A stretch of 64,000 bases of DNA, taken from contig OZ257156.1 of the NCBI GenBank assembly GCA_965279375.1, forward strand, positions 3,104,001 through 3,168,000. The letters run 5' to 3'. The notes under the pieces are model-generated. The model was not told the DNA's origin. It searched no databases and worked only from the letters and a program-made list of their open reading frames with translations. The position numbers and the translations under genes were made by a program. This document shows, in pieces, positions 38,466-46,939 of the stretch (positions within the stretch are counted from its first letter, which is position 1; each line of letters opens with the position of its first letter). Source of the DNA: Gemmatimonas sp. (GTDB lineage: Bacteria; Gemmatimonadota; Gemmatimonadetes; Gemmatimonadales; Gemmatimonadaceae).

Positions 38466-39701
38466 CTACTCCTGCCGCAGCGCGGCGATGGGATCGAGGC
38501 GCGCGGCACGACTGGCCGGATAAATCCCTGCGGCGATGCCCACGCCCGCACCCACCACCAACGCCGCGACGATCGACCACGGCGCAACGGCGGCGGGCAG
38601 CGGTGTGGTTGCCGCGATGATCGCGGCCAGACCGATACCAAGTGCAATCCCGACGGCGGCCCCGAGCACGCTCAGCGTCGCGGACTCCACGAGAAATTGC
38701 GCCATGATGTCGCGCCGGCGCGCGCCGAGTGCCTTGCGAACGCCGATCTCGCGCGTGCGTTCGGCGACCGCGACCAGCATGATGTTCATGATGACCATCG
38801 CGCCGACCACCAGACCAATCGCCGGCAGCGCCGTCCCGAAGATCACCATCTTCGACTTGATGCCGTCAAAGAAGGCCATGGCTTCGTCCTGAGTCTCGAG
38901 CGCGAAGTTGTCGGGCTTGCCCGGCGGGAGCTTGCGAACCGCACGCAGCACCTCGCGGGACGCATCCATGCCGTCGGTCACCAGCAACGACGTCGGAGCC
39001 TGCACGACAAGCGACTCGATGTCCCCGTTCGGCCGAATTGCACGCTGCAACGGACTCGAATACGGCGCGATCGCCATGCGATCGAGGGAGAAGCCGAACA
39101 CGGTCCCCTGCTTCTCGATCTCGCCGATGATCTCGTAGGGCACACCGGCGATGCGCAGTTCGCGTCCGATGGGATCGAGCCCCTTGAAGAAGTGCTCTGC
39201 GACCTCCACGCCGATGACGATAACGGGCAGGCCGGCCGCGACTTCCTGCGGACCGAAGGCACGCCCCCGCTCGACGTTGAACTTCTTGATCGTGAAGTAA
39301 TCGGCATCGGTCGCGATCGCCTGCACCTGACGCGGTCGATTGTACGGCGACTTGGCGTTCAGAAACGATTCGCTGGTGATGGCGGAACGCGAGCCCGGCG
39401 GGAGCGCGGCGCGAACCAACGCCGCATCAGTCGCGTACAGGCGCGGTCTGCGTTGAATCTCCCGCCAGTCGAGATTCTCGTCGGTGTTGAAGTCGTTCCA
39501 CCGGCGCAGTGTGAAGGTGTTCACGCCGAACAGCTTTCCGGCGAAATCATTCTCGACGTAGTTGCTCATGCCCTGCACGATCGACACCACTGCGATCAGG
39601 AACATCACGCCAATCGTCACTCCGATCAGCGTGAAGAAGCTCTTCAGCTTTTGTACGCGAATGGTGTTGAGCGCAAGCCAGACAGCATCGAGAAATGGCA
39701 T
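38466..39701 (-). CDS. MacB/FtsX-like ABC permease 3 (type A)
   Basis: RVQKLKSFFTLIGV, IMNIMLVAVAERTREIG, ALRQE. Confidence 0.93.
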   Translation of the reverse strand: MPFLDAVWLALNTIRVQKLKSFFTLIGVTIGVMFLIAVVSIVQGMSNYVENDFAGKLFGVNTFTLRRWNDFNTDENLDWREIQRRPRLYATDAALVRAALPPGSRSAITSESFLNAKSPYNRPRQVQAIATDADYFTIKKFNVERGRAFGPQEVAAGLPVIVIGVEVAEHFFKGLDPIGRELRIAGVPYEIIGEIEKQGTVFGFSLDRMAIAPYSSPLQRAIRPNGDIESLVVQAPTSLLVTDGMDASREVLRAVRKLPPGKPDNFALETQDEAMAFFDGIKSKMVIFGTALPAIGLVVGAMVIMNIMLVAVAERTREIGVRKALGARRRDIMAQFLVESATLSVLGAAVGIALGIGLAAIIAATTPLPAAVAPWSIVAALVVGAGVGIAAGIYPASRAARLDPIAALRQE

Positions 39702-39710
39702 GCGGCGTTC

Positions 39711-40964
39711 CTACTCGTACCGCAGCGCTTCCACCGGATCCAGCCGCGACGCCCGACTGGCGGGCAGCAGCCCGAACAGAATGCCCGTCACACAGCTTGC
39801 GCCGAGCGCTGCGACGACGGCCATCGGCGGGATCGACGCTTCCACGGGAGTGGTGTTGCGAATGATCAGCGCACCCAGCCAGCCGATGAACAGCCCGATC
39901 GCGCCGCCGATTCCGGTGAGCGTGGCCGCTTCGACAAGGAACTGCCAGAGAATCGTCGCCCGCGTGGCGCCGAGCGCCTTTCGCACACCGATCTCACGCG
40001 TCCGTTCGGTCACGGAGATCATCATGATCGCCACCACGCCCACTCCGCCCACGATCAAGCCGACCGCCGACAGCGCGATCATGACGAGGAAGAACATGCC
40101 GAAGATCTTGTCGTACGTCTCCATCAGCTTGTCCTGCGTGATGATCGCGAACGACGACTCATCGCGCGGCCGCGCTCCACGCTGGCCACGCAGCGACGCC
40201 GTAACGTCGTCCACCGCCTGGTCGCGCGTGGTCTCCGGGCGCGGCTTCACGGCCAACGCGATGTCATTCTCTCGCGCCCCAACGTGGCGAATCAGCGCCT
40301 GCAGCGGCACGACAGCCTTGGGTCGCTCTCCGCCAGAGAGAAAGCTCGCGTTGTCCTTGTAGACGCCGATGACCTCAAAGGGTACACCGTTCATCGTGAC
40401 GACCTTGCCGATCGGATCGAGCTCGTCGAAAAGGCGCTCCTTCATGAGCTTGGAGATCACCACCACACGAGCGCCCGTGCGCGCTTCCGCAGCAGTGAAG
40501 GCACGACCCGGAAAAATCTCCGGTGCGCTGATGCTGGTCCACTCGGCGGAGTACCCTTCCAGCGGAGCCGACGGGAGATTGCGTTCGCGATACTTGACCG
40601 ACGCGCTCCAGTCGAGGCGTACGCCCACCGTCTCCAGTGAGGTGATGCGCTGCAACGCTTCGACTTCCGACAGACGGATGGGTGGATTGCGCAGCCACTT
40701 GCAGGTGTCGTCCGAACCGTCGCAGTTCTCGAAGCTGATTGGGTAACGCGAGACGAAGAAGGTGGTCGGGCCGGTGCTGGCGAAGTCCTTGGCGACCGAC
40801 TGGTTGATGCCGTGCACTGCGGCCGACATCGCGACGACGACGAACACGCCCACGGCGATGCCCAGAATCGTCAAGCCGGCACGGACACGATTGGCGTTGA
40901 TCGCGTCGAGCGCGATGCGCACACCTTCGCCAACGGCGGAGAGTCGAGTGACAATGGCGCGCAT
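39711..40964 (-). CDS. MacB/FtsX-like ABC permease 2 (type B)
   Basis: NRVRAGLTI, CDGSDDTC, GGVGVVAIMMISVTERTREIG, ALRYE. Confidence 0.93.
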   Translation of the reverse strand: MRAIVTRLSAVGEGVRIALDAINANRVRAGLTILGIAVGVFVVVAMSAAVHGINQSVAKDFASTGPTTFFVSRYPISFENCDGSDDTCKWLRNPPIRLSEVEALQRITSLETVGVRLDWSASVKYRERNLPSAPLEGYSAEWTSISAPEIFPGRAFTAAEARTGARVVVISKLMKERLFDELDPIGKVVTMNGVPFEVIGVYKDNASFLSGGERPKAVVPLQALIRHVGARENDIALAVKPRPETTRDQAVDDVTASLRGQRGARPRDESSFAIITQDKLMETYDKIFGMFFLVMIALSAVGLIVGGVGVVAIMMISVTERTREIGVRKALGATRATILWQFLVEAATLTGIGGAIGLFIGWLGALIIRNTTPVEASIPPMAVVAALGASCVTGILFGLLPASRASRLDPVEALRYE

Positions 40965-40967
40965 GTC

Positions 40968-42215
40968 TTACTCCTGCCGCAGGGCAGTGATCGGATCGAG
41001 CCGCGACGCGCGACTTGCCGGGTACACGCCAGCCACGATGCCCACCCCGGCGCCCAGCGCGACGCCAACGAAGACCGACCACGGGGCCACGCTCGCCGGT
41101 AGCGGCGAGACCGCGGCGATGACTTTTGCGAGCCCGATGCCAAGCGCGACGCCGATCGCCGAACCCACGGTGCCGAGCGTGGATGCCTCGATCAGGAACT
41201 GCGAGAGGATGTCGCGGCGCCGTGCGCCGAGCGCCTTGCGAATGCCGATCTCGCGCGTGCGTTCGGAGACGGCGACGAGCATGATGTTCATGATGACGAT
41301 GGAGCCGACCACGAGACCGATGGCGGGAAGCGCGATACCGGCGAGCACGAGATAGCGCTTGATCTTGTTCCAGAACTCGAGCGCGGAGTCGGCGGTCTGC
41401 AGCGTAAAGTTGTCCTTCTGTGCCGGACGCAGGCGACGAATGCCGCGCATGCTTGCGCGCACGAGCTCCATGTTCTCCTTCATCGACAACTCACTCGGCG
41501 ACTGAATGATCACCGCGTCGACAATGTTGGGACGCGAGTTGAGCAGACGCCGCGCCTGCGAATGCCAGGGCGCAATGAGGAAGTTGTCGAATGAGATCCC
41601 GAGTGCGCTCCCCTGAGCTTCGGCGATCCCGATCACGCGGTAGGGCACGCCACCGAGCTTCACTTCGCGGCCGATCGGATCGAGCGATGGAAACAGCCGT
41701 TCGGCCGCATCAGTGCCAATCACGACCACCTTCTCGCCGCGCTGCAGTTCCTGGCTGGTCGGTGTGCGTCCTGAGCTCACGCCGAGCTTCTTGATCTCGA
41801 AGTAGTCGCCGTCGATGGCAGTGACCTGGACGCTGCGCGGCTTGCCGCTGGATGCGGTGGTGACGTTGATCCGGTCTTCGCTGGTAATGGCCCACCGCGA
41901 GTCGGGCGGGAGGCTCTGAACGACGGCGGGGACTTCACTGATGTCGAGCCGCTGACGACGCCGGTACTCTTCCCACGTCGCTTCGTCCACGTCGCCGATG
42001 TTGATGTTCGGCCGATGCCTGAGCTCGAAGGTGTTCACGCCGATCAGTTTGCCCACCAGATCGTCCTGCATGTAGCGCCCCATGCCCTCGACAATCGACA
42101 CGACGGAGATCAGGAACATGACACCGATGCACACGCCGAGCAGCGTGAAAGCGCTCTTGAGCTTCTGCGTGCGGATGGTGTGCAGTGCGAGCCGAATGGC
42201 GTCGAAAATTGGCAT
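40968..42215 (-). CDS. MacB/FtsX-like ABC permease 1 (type A)
   Basis: RTQKLKSAFTLLGV, IMNIMLVAVSERTREIG, ALRQE. Confidence 0.93.
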   Translation of the reverse strand: MPIFDAIRLALHTIRTQKLKSAFTLLGVCIGVMFLISVVSIVEGMGRYMQDDLVGKLIGVNTFELRHRPNINIGDVDEATWEEYRRRQRLDISEVPAVVQSLPPDSRWAITSEDRINVTTASSGKPRSVQVTAIDGDYFEIKKLGVSSGRTPTSQELQRGEKVVVIGTDAAERLFPSLDPIGREVKLGGVPYRVIGIAEAQGSALGISFDNFLIAPWHSQARRLLNSRPNIVDAVIIQSPSELSMKENMELVRASMRGIRRLRPAQKDNFTLQTADSALEFWNKIKRYLVLAGIALPAIGLVVGSIVIMNIMLVAVSERTREIGIRKALGARRRDILSQFLIEASTLGTVGSAIGVALGIGLAKVIAAVSPLPASVAPWSVFVGVALGAGVGIVAGVYPASRASRLDPITALRQE

Positions 42216-42312
42216 GCGGTAGCCTCGCGGCCGGTGGGGGTCTGCGAGGAGATACGGCCTGCGCGGCGGTGAGTTTCGCGACTGAACGGCGGGTTTCGCG
42301 AGGGACGAAATG

Positions 42313-42347
42313 CAGACGAGGCGCTCGAACCTCGAGCGCCTCGTCTG
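42313..42347 (-). other. Perfect 16-bp hairpin between the ATPase gene and the permease array (attenuator, terminator or mRNA stabiliser)
   Basis: CAGACGAGGCGCTCGA-ACC-TCGAGCGCCTCGTCTG. Confidence 0.75.
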
Positions 42348-42367
42348 TGCTGCTAATGTCGCTTCGC

Positions 42368-43180
42368 TTACTTGAGCGTTGGAATCTCAAGGCCCAGCTT
42401 GCCGGCGAATTGCTCGCGACGTTCATCGCTGGCAATCACGCCGTCTCGCAACACGATGACGCGGCGCGCATGCGACGCGATGTCGGGCTCGTGCGTGACC
42501 ATCACGACCGTCTGCCCCTGGCGCGCGAGCTCCTCGAAGACGCGCATGATCTCTTCCGAGGTCTGCGAGTCGAGGTTACCCGTGGGTTCGTCGGCCAGCA
42601 GGATCGACGGACGGTTCACCAGCGCGCGCGCGATGGCGACGCGTTGACGCTGACCGCCGGAGAGTTCGTTCGGGCGATGGCCCATGCGCTGACCGAGCTG
42701 CACCCGATCGAGCGCCTCACTCGCGCGCTTCTTCCGCTCGTCGGCGGAGATGCCCGCGTACACGAGCGGCAGTTCGACGTTCTGCAGCGCCGAGGCGCGG
42801 GGCAGCAGGTTGAACGTCTGGAAGACGAAGCCGATTTCCTTGTTGCGAACTCGAGCGAGTTCGTCGTCCGACATGGCACTCACAAGCATGCCGTTGAGCC
42901 AGTACTCGCCCTCGTTCGGCGTGTCGAGACAGCCGATGAGGTTCATGAGCGTGGACTTGCCCGAACCGGACGGGCCCATGATCGCGACGTACTCGTTGCG
43001 GCGAATGGCGAGATCGACGCCGCGGAGCGCGCGGACGATTTCACCACCCATGTCATACTGTCGCTTGAGACCGCGCGTGACGATGACCCAGTCCTTGTCC
43101 GGTGCGGAGCCCGGCGCGCTCAGGACGACGCGCCGTTCTCCGGTGGTGCTGAGGCCAATATCGTCGAGGGTTTCGCTCAC
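42368..43180 (-). CDS. MacB/LolD-type ABC ATP-binding protein
   Basis: [43 protein letters not shown]. Confidence 0.97.
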   Translation of the reverse strand: MSETLDDIGLSTTGERRVVLSAPGSAPDKDWVIVTRGLKRQYDMGGEIVRALRGVDLAIRRNEYVAIMGPSGSGKSTLMNLIGCLDTPNEGEYWLNGMLVSAMSDDELARVRNKEIGFVFQTFNLLPRASALQNVELPLVYAGISADERKKRASEALDRVQLGQRMGHRPNELSGGQRQRVAIARALVNRPSILLADEPTGNLDSQTSEEIMRVFEELARQGQTVVMVTHEPDIASHARRVIVLRDGVIASDERREQFAGKLGLEIPTLK

Positions 43181-44469
43181 GATTTCTTCGCCGGTGCAGG
43201 AGTCTTCTTCTCGTCAGGCTTGGTGACCTTGATCAGCGCGCCGTCCTTCAACTCACGGATCGCCTGGTAGGTGCCAGCCACGATGGTTTCGCCAGCCTTG
43301 AGGCCGTCGAGCACTTCGAAGTGACGCTCGCCGGCGATTCCGACCTTTACGGGCCGGAAGCTGACTTTGTTGTCCGAGCCCACCACGAACACGCCTTCCA
43401 CGTCCCGCTTGCCCACTTCCTTGCTCGGCTGGCCACGTCCGACGGTCACGGCGGTGTCGGCGTTGGGGAGCTTCTCGTTCTCGCGGACGGTCAGGGCGAT
43501 GATCGGGATCGAGAGCACCTTGGTCCGACTGGCCGTCACGATCTTGGCGGTGGCCGAGAAGTCAGGGCGCGTCTCACCCGGCGGGTTGAGGAGCTGCACG
43601 CGCACTTCGTAGTCGATCGCCTGATCGCTGGTGGCGGTGGTGCTGCCCGACTTGGCGACGGAGCTGTTGGAGATCTCGACGACCTTGCCGACGAACGTGG
43701 TGTCGGGGAAGGCATCGATCTGGATGAGCGCCGAATCGCCGACGCTGATGCGAGCGACGTCGGTCTCGTCCACCTTGACCTTGGTCTCCAGCACGCTCAT
43801 GTCGCTGATCGTGAGCAGCGTGGCGGCGTCCTTGTTGAGCGTACCCATGATCGCCGTTTCGCCCTCTTCGACCACCAGGCGGGTGATCTTGCCGCTCATC
43901 GGTGCGACGATCGTGGTGCGGGTGAGCGCCTGCTTGGCGTCACGCACCGAGGCGATGGCCTGCTGCACGGAGAACTGTGCCGCTTCGGCCAGTGCCTTGT
44001 TCACTTCGGACTGCGTCTTGAGCTGCTCGAGCTGTTCTTCGGACACGCCGAGGGCGGCCGACGACTTGAGCGCGAGCTGGCGTTCGTAGTTCTTCTGCGC
44101 CTGCAGCAGGTTGGCGCGGGACTGCGCTTCCTGCGCCTTCGTGGCGGCAAGTGCGGCCTCGGCACGCTGCAGCGCGGCGGTCACCTGCTCGGGGTCGATC
44201 TGAAGCAGGAACTGCCCCTTCTTGACGATGTCGCCTTCCTTGACGGCGAGTCGCACGATCTTGCCCGTGACGTCGGCGCTGACGTTGACCTTGGTCTTGG
44301 GCTCGATCTGGCCACTCGCCGTGACCGACGCGACGAGGTCGCGCGACTCCACAGCCTCCGTGCGCACTTCCACGGGTTTCGACTGGTTCTTCTTGGCGCT
44401 CAAAAAGGCCAGGGCTGCGATGGCAACAACCACCGTGCCACCGATGCCGAACTTAACGGTCCTGGTCAT
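43177..44469 (-). CDS. MacA-like periplasmic adaptor (membrane fusion protein)
   Basis: N-terminal TM, lipoyl-like [18 protein letters not shown], coiled coil, IVAPMSG, VDETDV. Confidence 0.93.
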   Translation of the reverse strand: MTRTVKFGIGGTVVVAIAALAFLSAKKNQSKPVEVRTEAVESRDLVASVTASGQIEPKTKVNVSADVTGKIVRLAVKEGDIVKKGQFLLQIDPEQVTAALQRAEAALAATKAQEAQSRANLLQAQKNYERQLALKSSAALGVSEEQLEQLKTQSEVNKALAEAAQFSVQQAIASVRDAKQALTRTTIVAPMSGKITRLVVEEGETAIMGTLNKDAATLLTISDMSVLETKVKVDETDVARISVGDSALIQIDAFPDTTFVGKVVEISNSSVAKSGSTTATSDQAIDYEVRVQLLNPPGETRPDFSATAKIVTASRTKVLSIPIIALTVRENEKLPNADTAVTVGRGQPSKEVGKRDVEGVFVVGSDNKVSFRPVKVGIAGERHFEVLDGLKAGETIVAGTYQAIRELKDGALIKVTKPDEKKTPAPAKKS

Positions 44470-44481
44470 GAATTCTTCCGG

Positions 44482-45984
44482 TTAGCGAAGGGGACGGCCG
44501 ACCGCAGCTTCCAGTGCGGTAAACGCCCGTTGTACGTCGAACACTGCGTTGATGCGATCCGTCTCGGCCTTCTCAAAATCGCCGCGTGCCTGGACCAACT
44601 CCACCAGGCTGATCGCGCCGACGCGGAAGCGCTCCTGCGCGAGCGTGAGTACCGTGCGCGCGGTGGCCACGTTCTGTTCCTGTAGCGCCACCGTCTGCTG
44701 CGAGGTGGTGAGCGTCAGGAATGCCGCCGTGACGTCGGCGGTGAGCCTGAGCTCCTGCGTCCGCAGATCGTTGGCTGCATTGCGGCGCGACACCGTCGCC
44801 TGCTCGACCTGCTGCTCGCGACGGAAGCCGTTGAATACGGGCAGCGAAAACGAAGCGCTGAGGCTGTACGGATTGCGCGTGAAGGAGAACGGGTACTTGC
44901 CCTGCGTATCGCGAATCGCCTGCTCGGACGCCGACGTGAACGCGATGGACTGGCACTGCGCGAGGTTGTTGGCGAGACCGATGGCGGCGCGCACTTCCTC
45001 GGAGCGAATGCAGCTCGCCTTGGACGACGCGCTGCTCAGCTGTCCGCTGGTGATGAGCTGATTGGTATTTGTGTAGCGGTTCGTGAAACCCGAGACGCTC
45101 GCGGAGAGCGACAGCGACGGGTAGTAGCTGCCGCGGGCCGAGGCGACCGCACGCTTGGCGCCCTCTTCGCGGAAGCGCAGCGCTTCGAGCTGGGGATTCG
45201 CCTTCTTGGCCAGATCGAGAATGTTCTGCAGCTCCACATTCGGGAGCGCCGCCAGATTCGCGTCGAGCTTCGTGCCAGCCACTGGCTCCGTGCCGATCTG
45301 CTGGAAGAGACGGACCACTTCGATGGCGGCCTGATTGCGGGCGTTGATTGACGCGACGCGCTGCTGGCCGTCGGCGACTTCGGCACGTTGCACATCGAGC
45401 TGCGTACCCGAGCCAACCTGCAGTCGCGCACGGGCCAGCTGGAGCTGGGCCTGTGTGGTCGTCAGCAGCGTGTCTTGCAACACCGAGCGAGCCTGCGCCT
45501 GCAGCGCGGCGAGATACTGCGTGGTGACATCGGTGCGGAGCCGCTGATCGGCGGCCGCGATGTCGCTTTCCGTAGCGCTCTGGTTGAACTGCGCCTGACG
45601 GCGGTCGTTGATCGCGCCGACGGAGACGTTGAGCGACGCGGAGGCGCTGGCGTCGGTGGAGAGCTGGTCGTTGGTGGCGCCGAACGCCTGACCCTGGAAG
45701 AACGTCTGGCGACCTTCACGGTAGCCGGCGCCAAAGTTGGTGTTCACACTCGGCAGGAAGGCGCCGTTCGCTGCACGGACGACGGCGGCGGCATTGCGGC
45801 GGGCGTTCGTGGCGGTGGCGAGCCCGGGGTTGTTGCGACGTGCGAGCGCCACGGCGTCAGCGAGCGTCAGTACGGCGCGCTGCGCCGCGGAAACCGGAGC
45901 GGAAGGGGTTTGCGCAGACAGCGCGGGTGCGGTCAGCGCGGCGCCGACAAGCGACAGCGCAAGCATGCAGACAGGAATTCGCAT
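44482..45984 (-). CDS. TolC-family outer membrane efflux protein
   Basis: Signal peptide, LTLADAVALA..NNP, duplicated OEP repeats, LPVFNGF, ERFRVGAISLVEL. Start uncertain. Confidence 0.92.
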   Translation of the reverse strand: MRIPVCMLALSLVGAALTAPALSAQTPSAPVSAAQRAVLTLADAVALARRNNPGLATATNARRNAAAVVRAANGAFLPSVNTNFGAGYREGRQTFFQGQAFGATNDQLSTDASASASLNVSVGAINDRRQAQFNQSATESDIAAADQRLRTDVTTQYLAALQAQARSVLQDTLLTTTQAQLQLARARLQVGSGTQLDVQRAEVADGQQRVASINARNQAAIEVVRLFQQIGTEPVAGTKLDANLAALPNVELQNILDLAKKANPQLEALRFREEGAKRAVASARGSYYPSLSLSASVSGFTNRYTNTNQLITSGQLSSASSKASCIRSEEVRAAIGLANNLAQCQSIAFTSASEQAIRDTQGKYPFSFTRNPYSLSASFSLPVFNGFRREQQVEQATVSRRNAANDLRTQELRLTADVTAAFLTLTTSQQTVALQEQNVATARTVLTLAQERFRVGAISLVELVQARGDFEKAETDRINAVFDVQRAFTALEAAVGRPLR

Positions 45985-46074
45985 GTGATCGGGTCGTGGG
46001 GAGGTCATAAGCACGGGGCCGTACGCGGGGCTCCAAACCGAGGTTTCATCAGATTGGAACACCGCAGATTCGGA

Positions 46075-46833
46075 TCAGCGTGGTACATCATCGCGCAGTG
46101 CATCGATCCCCCGCGCCGAGAGCTGTACGCGAAGCAGGCGGCCTTCGCTGTCAGCCCAGATAGTGCGCGGATCCGCACTGCTGGTCACTGCTCGCCACCG
46201 CCACGCGGGACAGCGTGCGCCGGCAATGATCACCGTGTCCTGCTGCGACTCGAGTACGAGCCGCACGATACCCTGCCGATTCTCCGTCGGCGTGAGCGTC
46301 GGGATGGTGATGCCTTCGTTGACGGCGAGCGTTCGTCCGCGCACGAGCAGCGCGTACTGCAGCAGGCCGTCCTCTTCGAGAATCAGCGCGCCGGGAGAGA
46401 GCAGGTACTCGCGCGCGGCCTCGCCGGTCACGCCTCGCGACAGCGTCGAGAAGCGGCCGCGCAAACGCTGCCCGCCGAGCCGGCGGACGGTTTCGGCGCC
46501 CCGCCGTTCTTCGAGCGAGTAGCGCACCGGCGTGCCAGCGGAGTCGGTCTCGAGGCGCATTGCAGACCTCTGCTCACCCGTGGCAGACTCGGCGCGCAGT
46601 TCGAGCACGCCGCCGTCCTGCGAGGTGATCCGACGGATGGAGAACTGCTCCCGCCCGACACGCTGTCCCGCGATGGTCACCGTGAAGCTTCCCACGTCGA
46701 GCCGTTCGCCCTGCTGACGCACGCCCGCCGCGCGTGCGGGCGTACGAGCGGCCAGCGCAGACGACGCGATGGACGGGAGGCCGACTGCGAGTAGCACGGA
46801 CAGGAGTCCGACGTGAACACCGGAAAGGAGCAT
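46075..46833 (-). CDS. Hypothetical exported beta-rich protein
   Basis: Signal peptide-like N-terminus, GSFTVTIAGQRVGREQFSI, IWADSEGRLLRV; TACCTT 6 nt before the ATG. Confidence 0.65.
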   Translation of the reverse strand: MLLSGVHVGLLSVLLAVGLPSIASSALAARTPARAAGVRQQGERLDVGSFTVTIAGQRVGREQFSIRRITSQDGGVLELRAESATGEQRSAMRLETDSAGTPVRYSLEERRGAETVRRLGGQRLRGRFSTLSRGVTGEAAREYLLSPGALILEEDGLLQYALLVRGRTLAVNEGITIPTLTPTENRQGIVRLVLESQQDTVIIAGARCPAWRWRAVTSSADPRTIWADSEGRLLRVQLSARGIDALRDDVPR

Positions 46834-46939
46834 CGACGAAAGGTAGCGACCCCTCGAGCCCTCGTGCGGGGATGACGCGAATCGCGCGAATTTGCTGCGG
46901 CCCTTCGCCATGTCGCGTGGAGCGGGGTATTGTGCGGCG

